From: Camelus ferus
Taxonomy: Eukaryota
DNA: 64,000 nucleotides
Assembly (NCBI RefSeq): GCF_009834535.1
Contig: NC_045697.1
Span: 54,190,001-54,254,000 of the forward strand
Reading direction: 5' to 3'
Position 1 is the stretch's first letter. The number at the start of each line of letters is the position of its first letter. Both the position numbers and the translations under genes were made by a program. Below are positions 53,074 through 64,000 of the stretch, piece after piece. A model generated the notes under the pieces. It saw nothing but the letters and a program-made list of their open reading frames with translations. It was not told where the DNA came from and searched no databases.

Positions 53074-53960
53074 TGTTACATTATTACCACAGTCACAACA
53101 CTTTGACAGCAGCTGTGCAGGGTTTTTCCCCCAAGCAATTCTCTAACACCAGCTGGGTATCCTGTAATTCATTCAATTCTGACACTAACCAGAACTAGTG
53201 CAGACCCCACAGGTTAAGGGCTCAGTTCCATAAAACTGCTCCTGCCCCTACTTAAGATGTCAATCGCAAGTCCCATCTGTTATCTGTGCTCCTGACTGAC
53301 TGGCTGTAAATTGGAGCTTCCCCCAGTCCCTTCCTGCGATTTGATCAATTTACTAGACTGGCTCACAGAACTCAGGAAAACAGTTTACCTACTAGATTAC
53401 CTGCTTATCACAGAGGTTACTAAAGGATATGTATGAACAGCCGTATGAAGAGATGCATATGGCAAGGTCTAGAAGAGTCCCCAGTGTAGATTTTATCTTC
53501 ATAGAGCTGGGGCAGACCCTCCAGCACACAGATGTGTACACCAACCCAAAAGCTCTCTGAACCACATACTACTGGGATTTTTATGGTGGTCTCATCATAC
53601 AGGCATGAATTATTATTAACTCATCTCCAGCTCTCTCCCCTTCCCAGAGGATGGAGGAGGGGCATTGGGGCTTAAAGGTCTAAAATTCTAATCATGGCTT
53701 GGTCTTTCTGGTGAATAGCCTCCATCCTGAAGCCAGCTAGGAGCCCACCAAGAGTTACCTCATTGGAATAAAAGACACGGCTATCACCCAGGAAACTCCA
53801 AGGGATTTAAAAGCTCTATGTCAAGAAATGGGGTCAAAGATGAAATATTAGAACAAGAGATGTTCCTAGTGTTCCTATCATTTAGGAAATTTTAAGGGTT
53901 TTAGAAGCTTTGTGCCAGAAACTGGGGGTAGAGACCAATGTATATATTTTCTATTATTTT
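53074..53960. mobile_element. Solo LTR (MER21-like)
   Basis: CAATTCTGACACTAACC..GCAGACCCCACAGGTTAAGGGCTCAG..GGCTCACAGAACTCAGGAAAAC..GGAAACTCCAAGGG. Confidence 0.7.
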
Positions 53961-56900
53961 ATCATTTTTAACTCTCATTTTTGTTACCTTAATGGAAACT
54001 TACTTGTGCTATTTTTAAATATTTATAGTAAAGAAGCGTACAGTGCTTCACTATTAGCTTTCATATGGCACAGATTGAGACAAAAGCATTATAGGTTGTA
54101 CCATGAGTTGCATAAAGGTAGAAACCATGTCTTATTCATCTTTGCCTCCCTAAGCCTTATATGATGAGTTAAAACATAACAGAGGCTCCATAAAAGGTTG
54201 TAGAAATAAACAATAGTTGGTAGATGAATGGACAGATAGTCGAATGAATAGACATATGAACATGTGAAAGGACAAAGGAGGAATAAGAAACTTTCCAATA
54301 GCTGATCAATTCTTAGTAGTTTTGGGGACATATTTATGATTTATATGCTCTGACCCAGGCATTTGTATACAAACAATTCATTTTCCACACATGCACAGCG
54401 TGCCAGCCTAGACCTTAACCTCTAATCTGATACATAATTTTCAAACTTTAATAGGTGGGGCTGCACCTTGTGTCAAAGGTGTGTTAGGGCTAAATCAAAA
54501 ACACACATTACACAGGGTACTCAGAAAAAGAAAATGAGAACCCCAGAAAAGACAAGACTCTACTTCTTCACTTTTCTAAGGAAATGCCTTCACTGTGGTC
54601 CCAGGGATGGAAATTGAGCACGCTGGCAAAAAAAGAAGTGTAACTAAGAATTCTGAGTCCCCTGAATTCAGGTCAGCCTGAATCTCTTCATTATTTTCTA
54701 GGGGAAATTTCCTTTGGTATTTGATTCAATTTTGCATCTCCCTCTTCGCCCCACCCTCACTCCCATTCATATCTGGGAGTTAGATACAGAAGGAATATCA
54801 GAAGTTTTCTTTGTTTCTTCTTTTTATTTTTAACCTCCTGACAATGAAGCATTCCATGGAGCACTACAGTGGTGTAAACACATACAGAGCCATGTTTTCA
54901 AAACTGTGTTCTGTGGGCCATCAGAATCCCAGGAAGTATCACAAGATATGGTGATTTAAAAAAAATACATTTGGAAAACTTTTATTTCAATCCAATTTGA
55001 TAAGTAGTATTCAAGTATCTACTAAGAGTCAGATAATTAGATGTATTAGGCACTGGGGTTGTATCAGTGAACAGAACACATACAAAACCAAGGCAGAGAT
55101 GCTGCCTCACATTTACCCCTTGTAAACCCATTAAAGGCTCTAAGATTTTAAATAGTGAGAATCCTATTTAACCTTATTTAACCCATTTTTTCCAAACCTA
55201 TTTATGGGAAACCTCTCTTACCGCACTATTTGGGAATACTTCTTGAGAAATGCCTCAGTGCCATATGTGACTTATTCACTGTCTTCAAGATCTTTCATAA
55301 TTGGGGTAAGAGGACACATGTACACATAATATTTCAAGAAATAAAATATATAGGGAACACGTGGAAGCATGAAAAAAAAAGTGTCAAATTAAATGAAAGC
55401 CTCCAAAGTATACAGACAAGCCCAAATATGATCATTAATTTTCTCTGCAAATGCCTGCTTTCGTAGCCCCCTTTCCTTCCTCCTCCTCTCCTCTACATGA
55501 CCTCTACCACTGTCAGGAGAGGGATAAGGGAATCCTAAGTTTTTGAGAGTTCACAAGAATTTAAAGCTAGTAGAAAGAAGACGTGAAAACAAAAACAAAT
55601 TCAAGACTGAACCACAATGGAGAAGGGCGGATTCTCTGATCAGAAAACCACCTCCGCCTTCACTTTATAAAACTCTTCACCTGCCTTTTATGCTACTTGA
55701 AATTCCACACGTTACTGATTTGGGTTAAAAGGAAGCCTATCCTGTAAAAGGAAAGAAAAAATCAGTCTCAAAAGGAAGTTTGGTATCACAGAGAAAGAAG
55801 GGCTTCTGAGTCAGAGCGGTCAGAGTTAGTTTCTAACTCTGCATCTGGCTGTTTGAATTGAGCAAACTGTTCACCTGTAAAATGAAGATAAATAATTTTA
55901 CTGACAAGAGTGTTTGCAGGGTAAGATCAACAGGCCCTGAAATTCAGCACTTAGTAAATAGTAGCTCTTGTTCTTATCCCTTTTAGTACTAAATGGTCAT
56001 TCTAAAATAGTCACAGAGTACCCAGAGACAGATATTTACATATCAGAGGATATTAGATCACCACAAAAGATTGCTTTTTTGTAACATACAACTGAGTTCA
56101 GCAACTCAGAGGGAATGACAATTTTCATTGGTGGAAGGAGAGTTTGGCACTTTAGTTCTATAAGAACTTTCCCCCAGGGATGGGCATCAGGCTTGGAAAA
56201 GAGGAGCAAAGTTTTCTGCACCAACTGACTGCCCAAAATTCAATGCATTTAGCACCTTTGTCAGTTACATTTGGAGTTAAGTAGACTTGTAGGTTGGCCT
56301 GGGAAGCTAACCAATAAATTCTTTTTCAGTCAGATAATGTATCTTAAACTTCAAAAAACTGTCCTTATGAAGCTTTATGGGAACATAACCTGACTGTAAA
56401 TTGGCATTTATATAATAATCTCATGTATCTACATTTGTATCATGATAACATGCAGCTACAAGAAAGCAGAAAAATAATCCTGAAAAAGGAAAGATTTAGA
56501 GTTTGGAGATAGAGTGATAAAGGGTTGACTGCAAACTGAGCCAAAGTTGCTGCCTTCAGGGGAGTTCCTTCTAGGAAAAGGAAGATCTATGTGGAGTAGG
56601 GGATTGATGATGTCTTTTAACTCAAGTCATCTTTGAACGCACAGATTTAGAAGTCACCAGCATAGAGCTTGGTTCCTGAGGAAATAAATATCCCAGCTCT
56701 GATCATTAACAATTCATACTGTTTTATACAATCTTCAGGGTGTGTATCTTTTGGTTTTTAAGACTGCAGAAAGCAAAGACACAAAATTACTCATATTATC
56801 ACCATGTTTTCATTGATAACATCTTTAGAAAAAGCATGTCATAAATACACCCTTCTAACCCCTGAATAATTAAACTTAATGAAAGTATAATGGGTATAAT

Positions 56901-57239
56901 AAGTTGGATTTCACATAGATTATAGACTGTGTTACTCTGAAAATGTATCATCTATATTTACCTTTTCCTTAAAGGAATGCAGAGTGCTAATCAGGTCATG
57001 ATCAGGGAATACTTTCAGCTTTCTTCCTACTTTAATCTCCAAGAATTCACTTTGTATTCCCCCAGATTGTTCCTTGAATAAAATACTCTTCTAATTGTAT
57101 GCTTAACACGGAATTCCCTTTTAATGAAACAGTTCTCCCCTAACCCCACAAAAGTTAGAGGAGATTTCAAATCTCACATGCTTTTTTCTTTGAGGGCTAC
57201 ATATTTCTGCCCATTTTGATGAAAGTTGTAGTATTTTTT

Positions 57240-57828
57240 TGTTGTGAAAAAATCCCCCAAGATACCCACCCCCCTGGTATATACATTTCTTCTCCCAGTT
57301 ATTCAAACACTAATCTAGGTGCTGTTGTGAGGAGATTTTGCAGATAAAATTAAGGTCTCAAATCAGCTGACTTTTCAATGGGGAGATTATACTGGGTGAA
57401 CCTAACCTAATCAGGTGACACCTTAAAAAAGGACAAGGCTCTACCCAGAGAGAGATTCAGGATGTGAGAGAGATTTGATAGGAGCGAGAGTCCCCATTGA
57501 TGGCTTTGAAGATGGAGTGGGCCACATGGCAAAGAACGTGGGTGGCATCTAGAGACTGAGAGAAGCCTCTGGCTGACACCCAGCAAGGAAACAGGAACCT
57601 CAGTTTAGCTTCAAGGACCTGAGCTCTGCCTAAAACGTAAGTGACCTTGGAACAGGGTCATCAATGTCAGATGAGATTGTAGCCCCAACCAATACCTTGA
57701 TTTCAACCTTGTGCGATCGTGAGCAGAGAACTCAGCCATGCCACATACAGAACTATGAGCTAATGAGTGGGTGTCGGTTTAAACTGCTAACTTTGTGATT
57801 TGTTACACAGCAACAAAAAACTAATACA
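57240..57828 (+). mobile_element. MLT1E-like MaLR LTR
   Basis: ACTAATCTAGGTGCTG..TTTTGCAGAT..GGCTTTGAAGATGGA..TTTGTTACACAGCAA..CTAATACA. Confidence 0.75.
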
Positions 57829-59589
57829 TGAGTGTTTGTTTTAGGAGTGTAAATAAAGCAGGAAAAAAAATGCTTGAGCATCTCCACTTACAAATAGGCT
57901 AGAGGCTAGATTCCAAAGGCTTTACTGAGTACATTTTTTTTCAGATCAGAAGTGATCTATGCAAATCACTAGCAGGACCTCTCCAGAGGGGGCAGCTGAT
58001 GATGCATTTTTGCCTTCACGCATTGCTTGTTCATATTCACAAAAGCAGCTTTCGTAACTTGGCGTTGCACACCTGTTATATTCCCCAAAGTTCTTCTCAA
58101 AAGGAGAAACACTCTGACAACTCATCAGCCCTGTTTGCTGGCCCCTGCTCCCCACCAGATGCTCACGCTGCCTGTATGGCATTTACAGATGTGTCTGCCA
58201 TGGTACTTGAAGCAGGTGCCCGTGAGTGGTTAATCGCTCTTCTGCTTAGTGCCCCAAAGAGCACTAATAGTGTGAGTTTGTGTGCATCTTGGTGGTGGGG
58301 ATGTGATCATCTGCTTTCTCCATTTGTGCTACTCAGAGGAACTGTACTGTGACGGGAAGAGAGATTTAAAAGCTTGTACATCTCCTTGAGGTCTAGCCTT
58401 TCTCCTCTGGTCCTTTTTCGGCTTTGAATAACCTGAAGACACACTGATAAGATTATCTGAGACAATAAATGGTCAAATAAATGAAGAATGAGTGAGTGAG
58501 TGAATAGATGAATATATACAAGATAAATCTGTTTCAGAGTTAAAATGTAATCAATGGAGAGGCACTCTGGCACTGAAAAAAAGTAGTGTTACAGAAGTTA
58601 GAAGACATGAGTAGGAGATGACTGCTAGTTCCGTTATATTGGAGAAGTCACTTAATCATCTCTAGGCCTCAGTCTCCTCACCTGGAAATACAGTAAATTG
58701 TGCTAAATAGTCTCTAAGTTCTCTTTACTTCCGAATTTAGTTTTAAGCCAATTAAGAGTCTAAGCAATGTCACACCCATGAAACTTCTGTTTTTCATTTT
58801 TATGTTCTGGCTTACCTCTTGTCCATCAGAGGACACACTGCCTTTCCATAACCAGTTGTCTAGATTCTTTTTAATCAGTCAATGTGCATTGTCAACATTT
58901 TCCATACTCAACAGAATTCAAGTCTCTCAAGTTCCACTAGGTTTATTGGCTAAATGTATTACGTACACCAAAGCTATCAACTCTTAACTGTTTAGGTCCA
59001 AACAGTTTTTATCTTTTATGCTAACATTTATATATACACATTTTTATATTAAAATTAAAACTTCCTGTAAATCAGTTTGTTAAAAGTCTACTTAGAGTAA
59101 ATTACTGCACTAAATTCCATGAAAGAATCAGAAAAAAAACCTTCTGCCCCCAAAGATTTTGGTTATCAACATACACAAAAAGATGAATTCTAAAGAATAG
59201 GGATAAATTAAGTTGACTACACTGGCATGTTGCAGAGAAGAATCACTAGAAAATGAGTTAGATGATCCAGGCCCTTTTAAGCCACTTGACTCAAACAAAT
59301 CAGGTATCCTCTCTCTCAGCCTCTGTTATTTCATATTTAAGGTTGGTATAATTCCTGCCCGATTCTCAAGGATGTATAAAATTCCTACTCTGTACCAGGC
59401 CTCTTATTATGTCTTAATGATAAACAGATGAACAAGACTAGTCCAGCCCATCGAGGAGTTCATGGTTAAGTGTAGGTTAACATACGTGCAAACAAAAAGT
59501 TAATACAATGTGATCAGCACTACTGTTGATCAAAAGGTGCTAGAGGAAGAGCAGAGAGTTATTTTTTTTTCCCCAAAACTGTGGAAATG

Positions 59590-60225
59590 TCCTCTAATCC
59601 AGAGGTGATGCAATGTGAACTATGCAGCATCACTTTTGAAGTATTCTTGCCAAATGAATTTAATCAAGTCTTTAGATCTAAATTTAAACTGACAGGAAAC
59701 GAGGGGGATAGAAGAATGAATTAAATGAGATCAAAAGAAAGCATTCATATAAGTCCAGAAATTGGAACTTTTAAAGGACAACTGGCTTGATCTCTTCCAC
59801 AAGTCGATGTCATTAAAAATTAAGAAGGAAGCAGGGCTCTTTTATATTCAAAAAGAGTTAAAAAACAGCCAAGGTACTACATGGTCCTTGATAATGTCCT
59901 GATTTGTACAAACCATCTGTAAATGTAACAGGGACAACAGAAATCTGATGGATTGGGTATTACAAGATGTTGGAGAAATAGCGTTAATTTTTTAAGAGTG
60001 TTACGGTATTGTGATTATGTTAGAAATATCCTAATTGTATATAATAACGATTTGGCAAAAAAAAATGATGTTCTACTTTACATTAAAATACAGCAGAAAA
60101 AAATAAAGGCATTACAGCAAAAATGTTAACAACTGATAAAATGATATGATGAATATAGGAGTGTTCTATTATACGATGTTTCTAAATTTCTGTGTCTGAA
60201 AAATTTCATGATAGTTAAAAAATAA
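59590..60225 (+). mobile_element. Ancient L1 3' fragment (L1MC/ME-like)
   Basis: GAAGTATTCTTGCCAAA..AAGGACAACTGGCTTG..GGTATTGTGATTATG..GAAAAATTTCATGATA. Confidence 0.55.
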
Positions 60226-60625
60226 CAGATAAAAAGTAAATGAGACAAAAGACTTGAAATCACCTTGTAAACTTTAAAAAGATAGACACATAAAAGAGAT
60301 TTTTTTGTTAAATTGTTGGAGAAAGAAGGAATGGTCCTTTTTCAAGCATATGTGCTACTTTGGACCACACTGATAAGAGAAGTCAGGACTGGCCACCACA
60401 GAGAGCCACCCAATGCCTCTAGAAATAGAAACCAGGAGCAATATCATGGATTCCCAGATACTGATTTTTTAACACCTCCCTTCATGCCAAGATGACCTTG
60501 ACCAAAACTGAAGACAAATGTCTTCTTGCTGAGAAAGGCAAGCTAAGCAACATGCACTTAAGAAGAACCAGAAAGTCAGTAACTATTTCAATGTGAGAGT
60601 AACTGGTGATTTTTCTTTTTCATAG

Positions 60626-60747
60626 AGAAGTAGGATTTGGCACCCAAAGCAGAGATTTGAAACCATGGATGATTGCCCTTCTCGTTGTGTCATTACTGAC
60701 AGTGGTGGCAGTGGCCATCGGACTTCTGGCTCACTTCTTAGTCTCTG
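60626..60747 (+). CDS. TMPRSS11A: TMPRSS11A exon 2, TM helix
   Basis: catag|A..TCTG|gtaggt, 122 nt; EVGFGTQSRDLKPWMIALLVVSLLTVVAVAIGLLAHFLVS. Confidence 0.92.
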
Positions 60748-62566
60748 GTAGGTAAAATATGGATATCATTCAGTTTGATTTCATTTTTCTGTATAGCTTT
60801 ATTTGCATACACGTAAATTTAATTTCATCTCAAATACTGTTTCATCAGTAAATGTTCACATTGTGAATTTATTTAATCATTTCATCAACAAGTAATTACT
60901 AAATGCCTACAATAAACAAGTACTTTTCTGGGCACTCAAGAAATAGCACTAAGCAGTGCAGACAAATTTCCTACCTCCTTGGAGAGCACACTGCAGTATT
61001 CTTTTGAGAATCTACACAAAAGATCAAAACAGTAATTATCTGAAATTTACTAGTCATCATAATAAATTTTAATCATTCATTGTATGTTAAGGTGAAAAAC
61101 TATAATAAATTAGTTATTAAATTAATTTTAAAAACTGGCTCTTTCACTCATCACTTTCTGTCCACTAACATTTCTAGGGAAAAAAGAAAAGCACATGTTC
61201 AATGAAATAATGAATTTTGAAATTACTGGTAAAGTAAAAGTACGATGCAATATTATTACTTATTCTTAGAGAGAAAATTTTATTCTTTTCCAAAACAATA
61301 TTCAGGGATTTTTATGGCCTGATATATTTATAATCACACAAAAGTTCATTTGAGAATTCTCTTTTTATATTGCATCACTGCAGAGTGAAAACCATTTACA
61401 TTTTTTAGCAAATCTCCACAATAGCACTCTCACACAGATGTATGTGATAAAGCAACTAGTTCAGACTGCTTATTTGGATGAATTTATCTGTTGTCACCTT
61501 CTTCAGACTTGATGAGGGACTGAAAACTCTATAGGAGCTTTAAAGGGCTTAAGAACCTAGCTCTGGGCCACATGTTAGCTCTGGTCCTCATGTGACAACC
61601 CCATCTGTAGTTGATTCCAATGACAAAAGATTCTCAGGTCAGTTAATTTAATGCATAGAAGCCCCTTTCCCATGAGTATAAGGTTTGATAACAATATGGA
61701 CTATATAGATTAGTAATCAGGGGGACTGAAAACGCACTAGAGTCCAGAGGTGTCCCTAGGAAATAGGCCATCGTGAGGTCCCCTTTATTTCCTAGGTCCG
61801 TCTCTGGGAAACCCATTGTGTCCTGCCTGAGCTAAGCTCTCCAAGGAGAGAGGATGTTTTGTGGTTGCTCCACTCTGTCTTTAACTCTGTAGATTTCTTG
61901 CCCCACCAGGGCTACACTTCTAAGATTCCTCAGAAGCATCCACTGCTCTGTTTTTTTTACCTTTCCTGAGAGGCAAGCAGAGATCTGACTGATTCATCCC
62001 TGTGACACACTGTTCTCATCTCCAACCACACACAGTTTTTTCCCTGCCTTTCTTTTCATGTCTTTCTTAGTGTCTTTCTCTCCCATTATAAATCAAAATT
62101 TACAAGAACATTCATTTACCTCTACTTCCAGTATAAGTTATATATACATTTCACCTCAGCAAGAAGCAATATAGTAATTAAATGTTCCAGCTCTAGGGCC
62201 ATTTATCTGGGTTTAATCTTGAGTAGGCTACTTACTAGTTGTATAGCACAGGGAAGTTATTTAATGCCTCATGCCTCACTTTTCTCATCTGTGAAATGAA
62301 CGTGATGTCAACCTTAGACAGCTTAGTAAGAATCAAATGAATTAATACATGTAAAGTGCCCAGAACAGAGTTCGCACATGGTAGGCACTGAATAAACATC
62401 AGCTGCTATTATTAACATAGAACATTAATCACTATTTTATTATGAAACTAAATTAAAATCTCAGAGATATATTCAAGATTTCATCATAGCCCCATTATAG
62501 TTGAGCCTCAGATCCCAAAATCTATTCCCAAACCACTTAATTTCCTACTTTTCCTTTTCATCACAG

Positions 62567-62685
62567 GTCAGAAAGTGGAGTATTATCACGGCACCTTTAA
62601 AATTTCAGACCTACGAGTCAACAGTAACTCTGGACAAAATAGCCCATACCACCTTAAGGACTTAAGGGAGATGAGCGAAAACTTG
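62567..62685 (+). CDS. TMPRSS11A: TMPRSS11A exon 3, SEA start; gene continues beyond the window
   Basis: cacag|GT..TTG|gtaagt, 119 nt; GQKVEYYHGTFKISDLRVNSNSGQNSPYHLKDLREMSENL. Confidence 0.92.
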
Positions 62686-62759
62686 GTAAGTCAGATAAAA
62701 TTCTATTACAAAATAATGCAGGTAAAGGGATTTTGTGCATCTTTTCCCTTACTATTTCC

Positions 62760-62916
62760 TAAAACATGACCTTCAGACACTTGCATCAGAATCATCTTGT
62801 AGAGTCCTAGGCCCCACTCCAGACCTCCTGAATCAGTGTCTGATGGGATGGGTAGGTGGTGATAGGGGAATAAGGGAATCCATATTCTAACAAATGACTG
62901 ATTCTGATAAACCACT
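62760..62916. mobile_element. MER5-like hAT fragment
   Basis: TGCATCAGAATCATCT..GGCCCCACTCCAGACCTCCTGAATCAG..TGATTCTGAT. Confidence 0.6.
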
Positions 62917-64000
62917 CTTTCTAACTCAGCCACCTCATCTAAAAGTGAGAGAACTGAAGCCAAGGCATCCCAGCCCACTGCTCCCCCCTTCCACCACAAT
63001 AGTACTCAAATGGAAAACTCAACCATACCGGAAGTGATTATTTCTAAAATCACATGCCTTTTTTTAGTAGGGCCATATCTTAAGATTTAAAATACTTTTA
63101 AAATATATGTGAAAGGAAACACGATCATCAATGTTCATTTTATCTCACAAACATACTAATTAAGATGAAAAACCCAGATCTGTTGTGTAATGCTCAAATG
63201 AAGTGCTAACAATTTTGTTTAAACTAAAATACAGGAATGCCCCCCAAAAGAAAAAAGTAAACCCAATTGTATAGTAGTTCTGCTCAGGATGTCTGTGAAC
63301 CCTCGCTCAAAAACAAAGGTCAGGTTAACTTCCTTGAAAAGGAAGCACAAAGCACAGATTTGTCTGCAAATGCTATTTTCTAAGGTGCTCTGAATATAAA
63401 AGAATGGAGGATATATGTCAATTTATAAATGTTAATTATTGACTTGGGGGAATGAGACTGTAAGAGAGAACAAATGTGCATAATTTAATGAGAATTAAAA
63501 ATATAGATTATAAGCTGCATCTATGGTGTTGCCAGAAATATGTTGCAATGATTTCTCAAGGAATGCCAGAAAAAACTTGGATACATACTCCAGTACCTCT
63601 TTTATCCCTTTGATCCTGAGTGACTCCACATAAACTCCATAATATAAAAATAATAACAATAAATTAATTAATCCATTTTAGTTGAAAAGATACACAATTC
63701 TTTAACAATGAGGAATATTTGTAATTTATCAGGAAAGTTTAAAATCTGTTTTCTTTATGTTTTACAGCCAACACTGTTGTTTAAGGCTAACTAAGAAATA
63801 TTTTTACTGAAGTACATGGATGGACAGGAATGCAATAGGTCTTTTAAAAGAAAGAGAAAGAAATGCAGAGGTGAATCTGTAACATTATGTGTTTGGAGGT
63901 GGACTTTGAAGTTTCCGTAAAGCATACATTTCTAGGAGTGAAAGAACCTCAGGTGCAAAGGCTGAGTTAGGTACTGACAAATCATCATCATGAGGACGTA

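Noticed and set aside
57946..58352. Overlapping ORFs in TMPRSS11A intron 1
   Set aside because: No recognisable domain or exon structure; at most a non-coding element I cannot support.
61755..61796. 11-bp perfect inverted repeat CCTAGGAAATA / TATTTCCTAGG with a 20-nt loop
   Set aside because: Roughly chance expectation in 64 kb of AT-rich DNA; the stem does not extend.

Overview
Mammalian genomic DNA, most likely a camelid (two tRNA-derived SINEs resemble camelid Vic-1), from the HAT/DESC (TMPRSS11) type II transmembrane serine protease cluster. I assembled a complete, in-frame 10-exon TMPRSS11G/DESC4-like gene on + (ATG 5020 to TAA 39020; 1257 nt, 418 aa; TM + SEA + trypsin-like domain with intact H/D/S triad; intron 5 has a GC donor). 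It is followed by the first three coding exons of TMPRSS11A (49410-62685, continuing past the window). The rest is introns and intergenic DNA rich in L1, L2, MIR, MaLR/ERV LTR and DNA-transposon relics. The most notable observations are: (1) a ~3 kb intronic L1 that keeps its 5'UTR, ORF1, the ORF2 tail, 3'UTR and poly(A) but lacks almost all of ORF2 (HAL1-like or spliced element), possibly with a 3' transduction; (2) a 17-bp GRHL-like element shared at the same position in both paralog promoters; (3) an L1 inserted exactly into the GDFN codons of another L1. There is no CRISPR or other prokaryotic system. Most ORF-track entries are spurious. Repeat family names and orthologue comparisons come from my recall, not a database search, and old-repeat boundaries are approximate.
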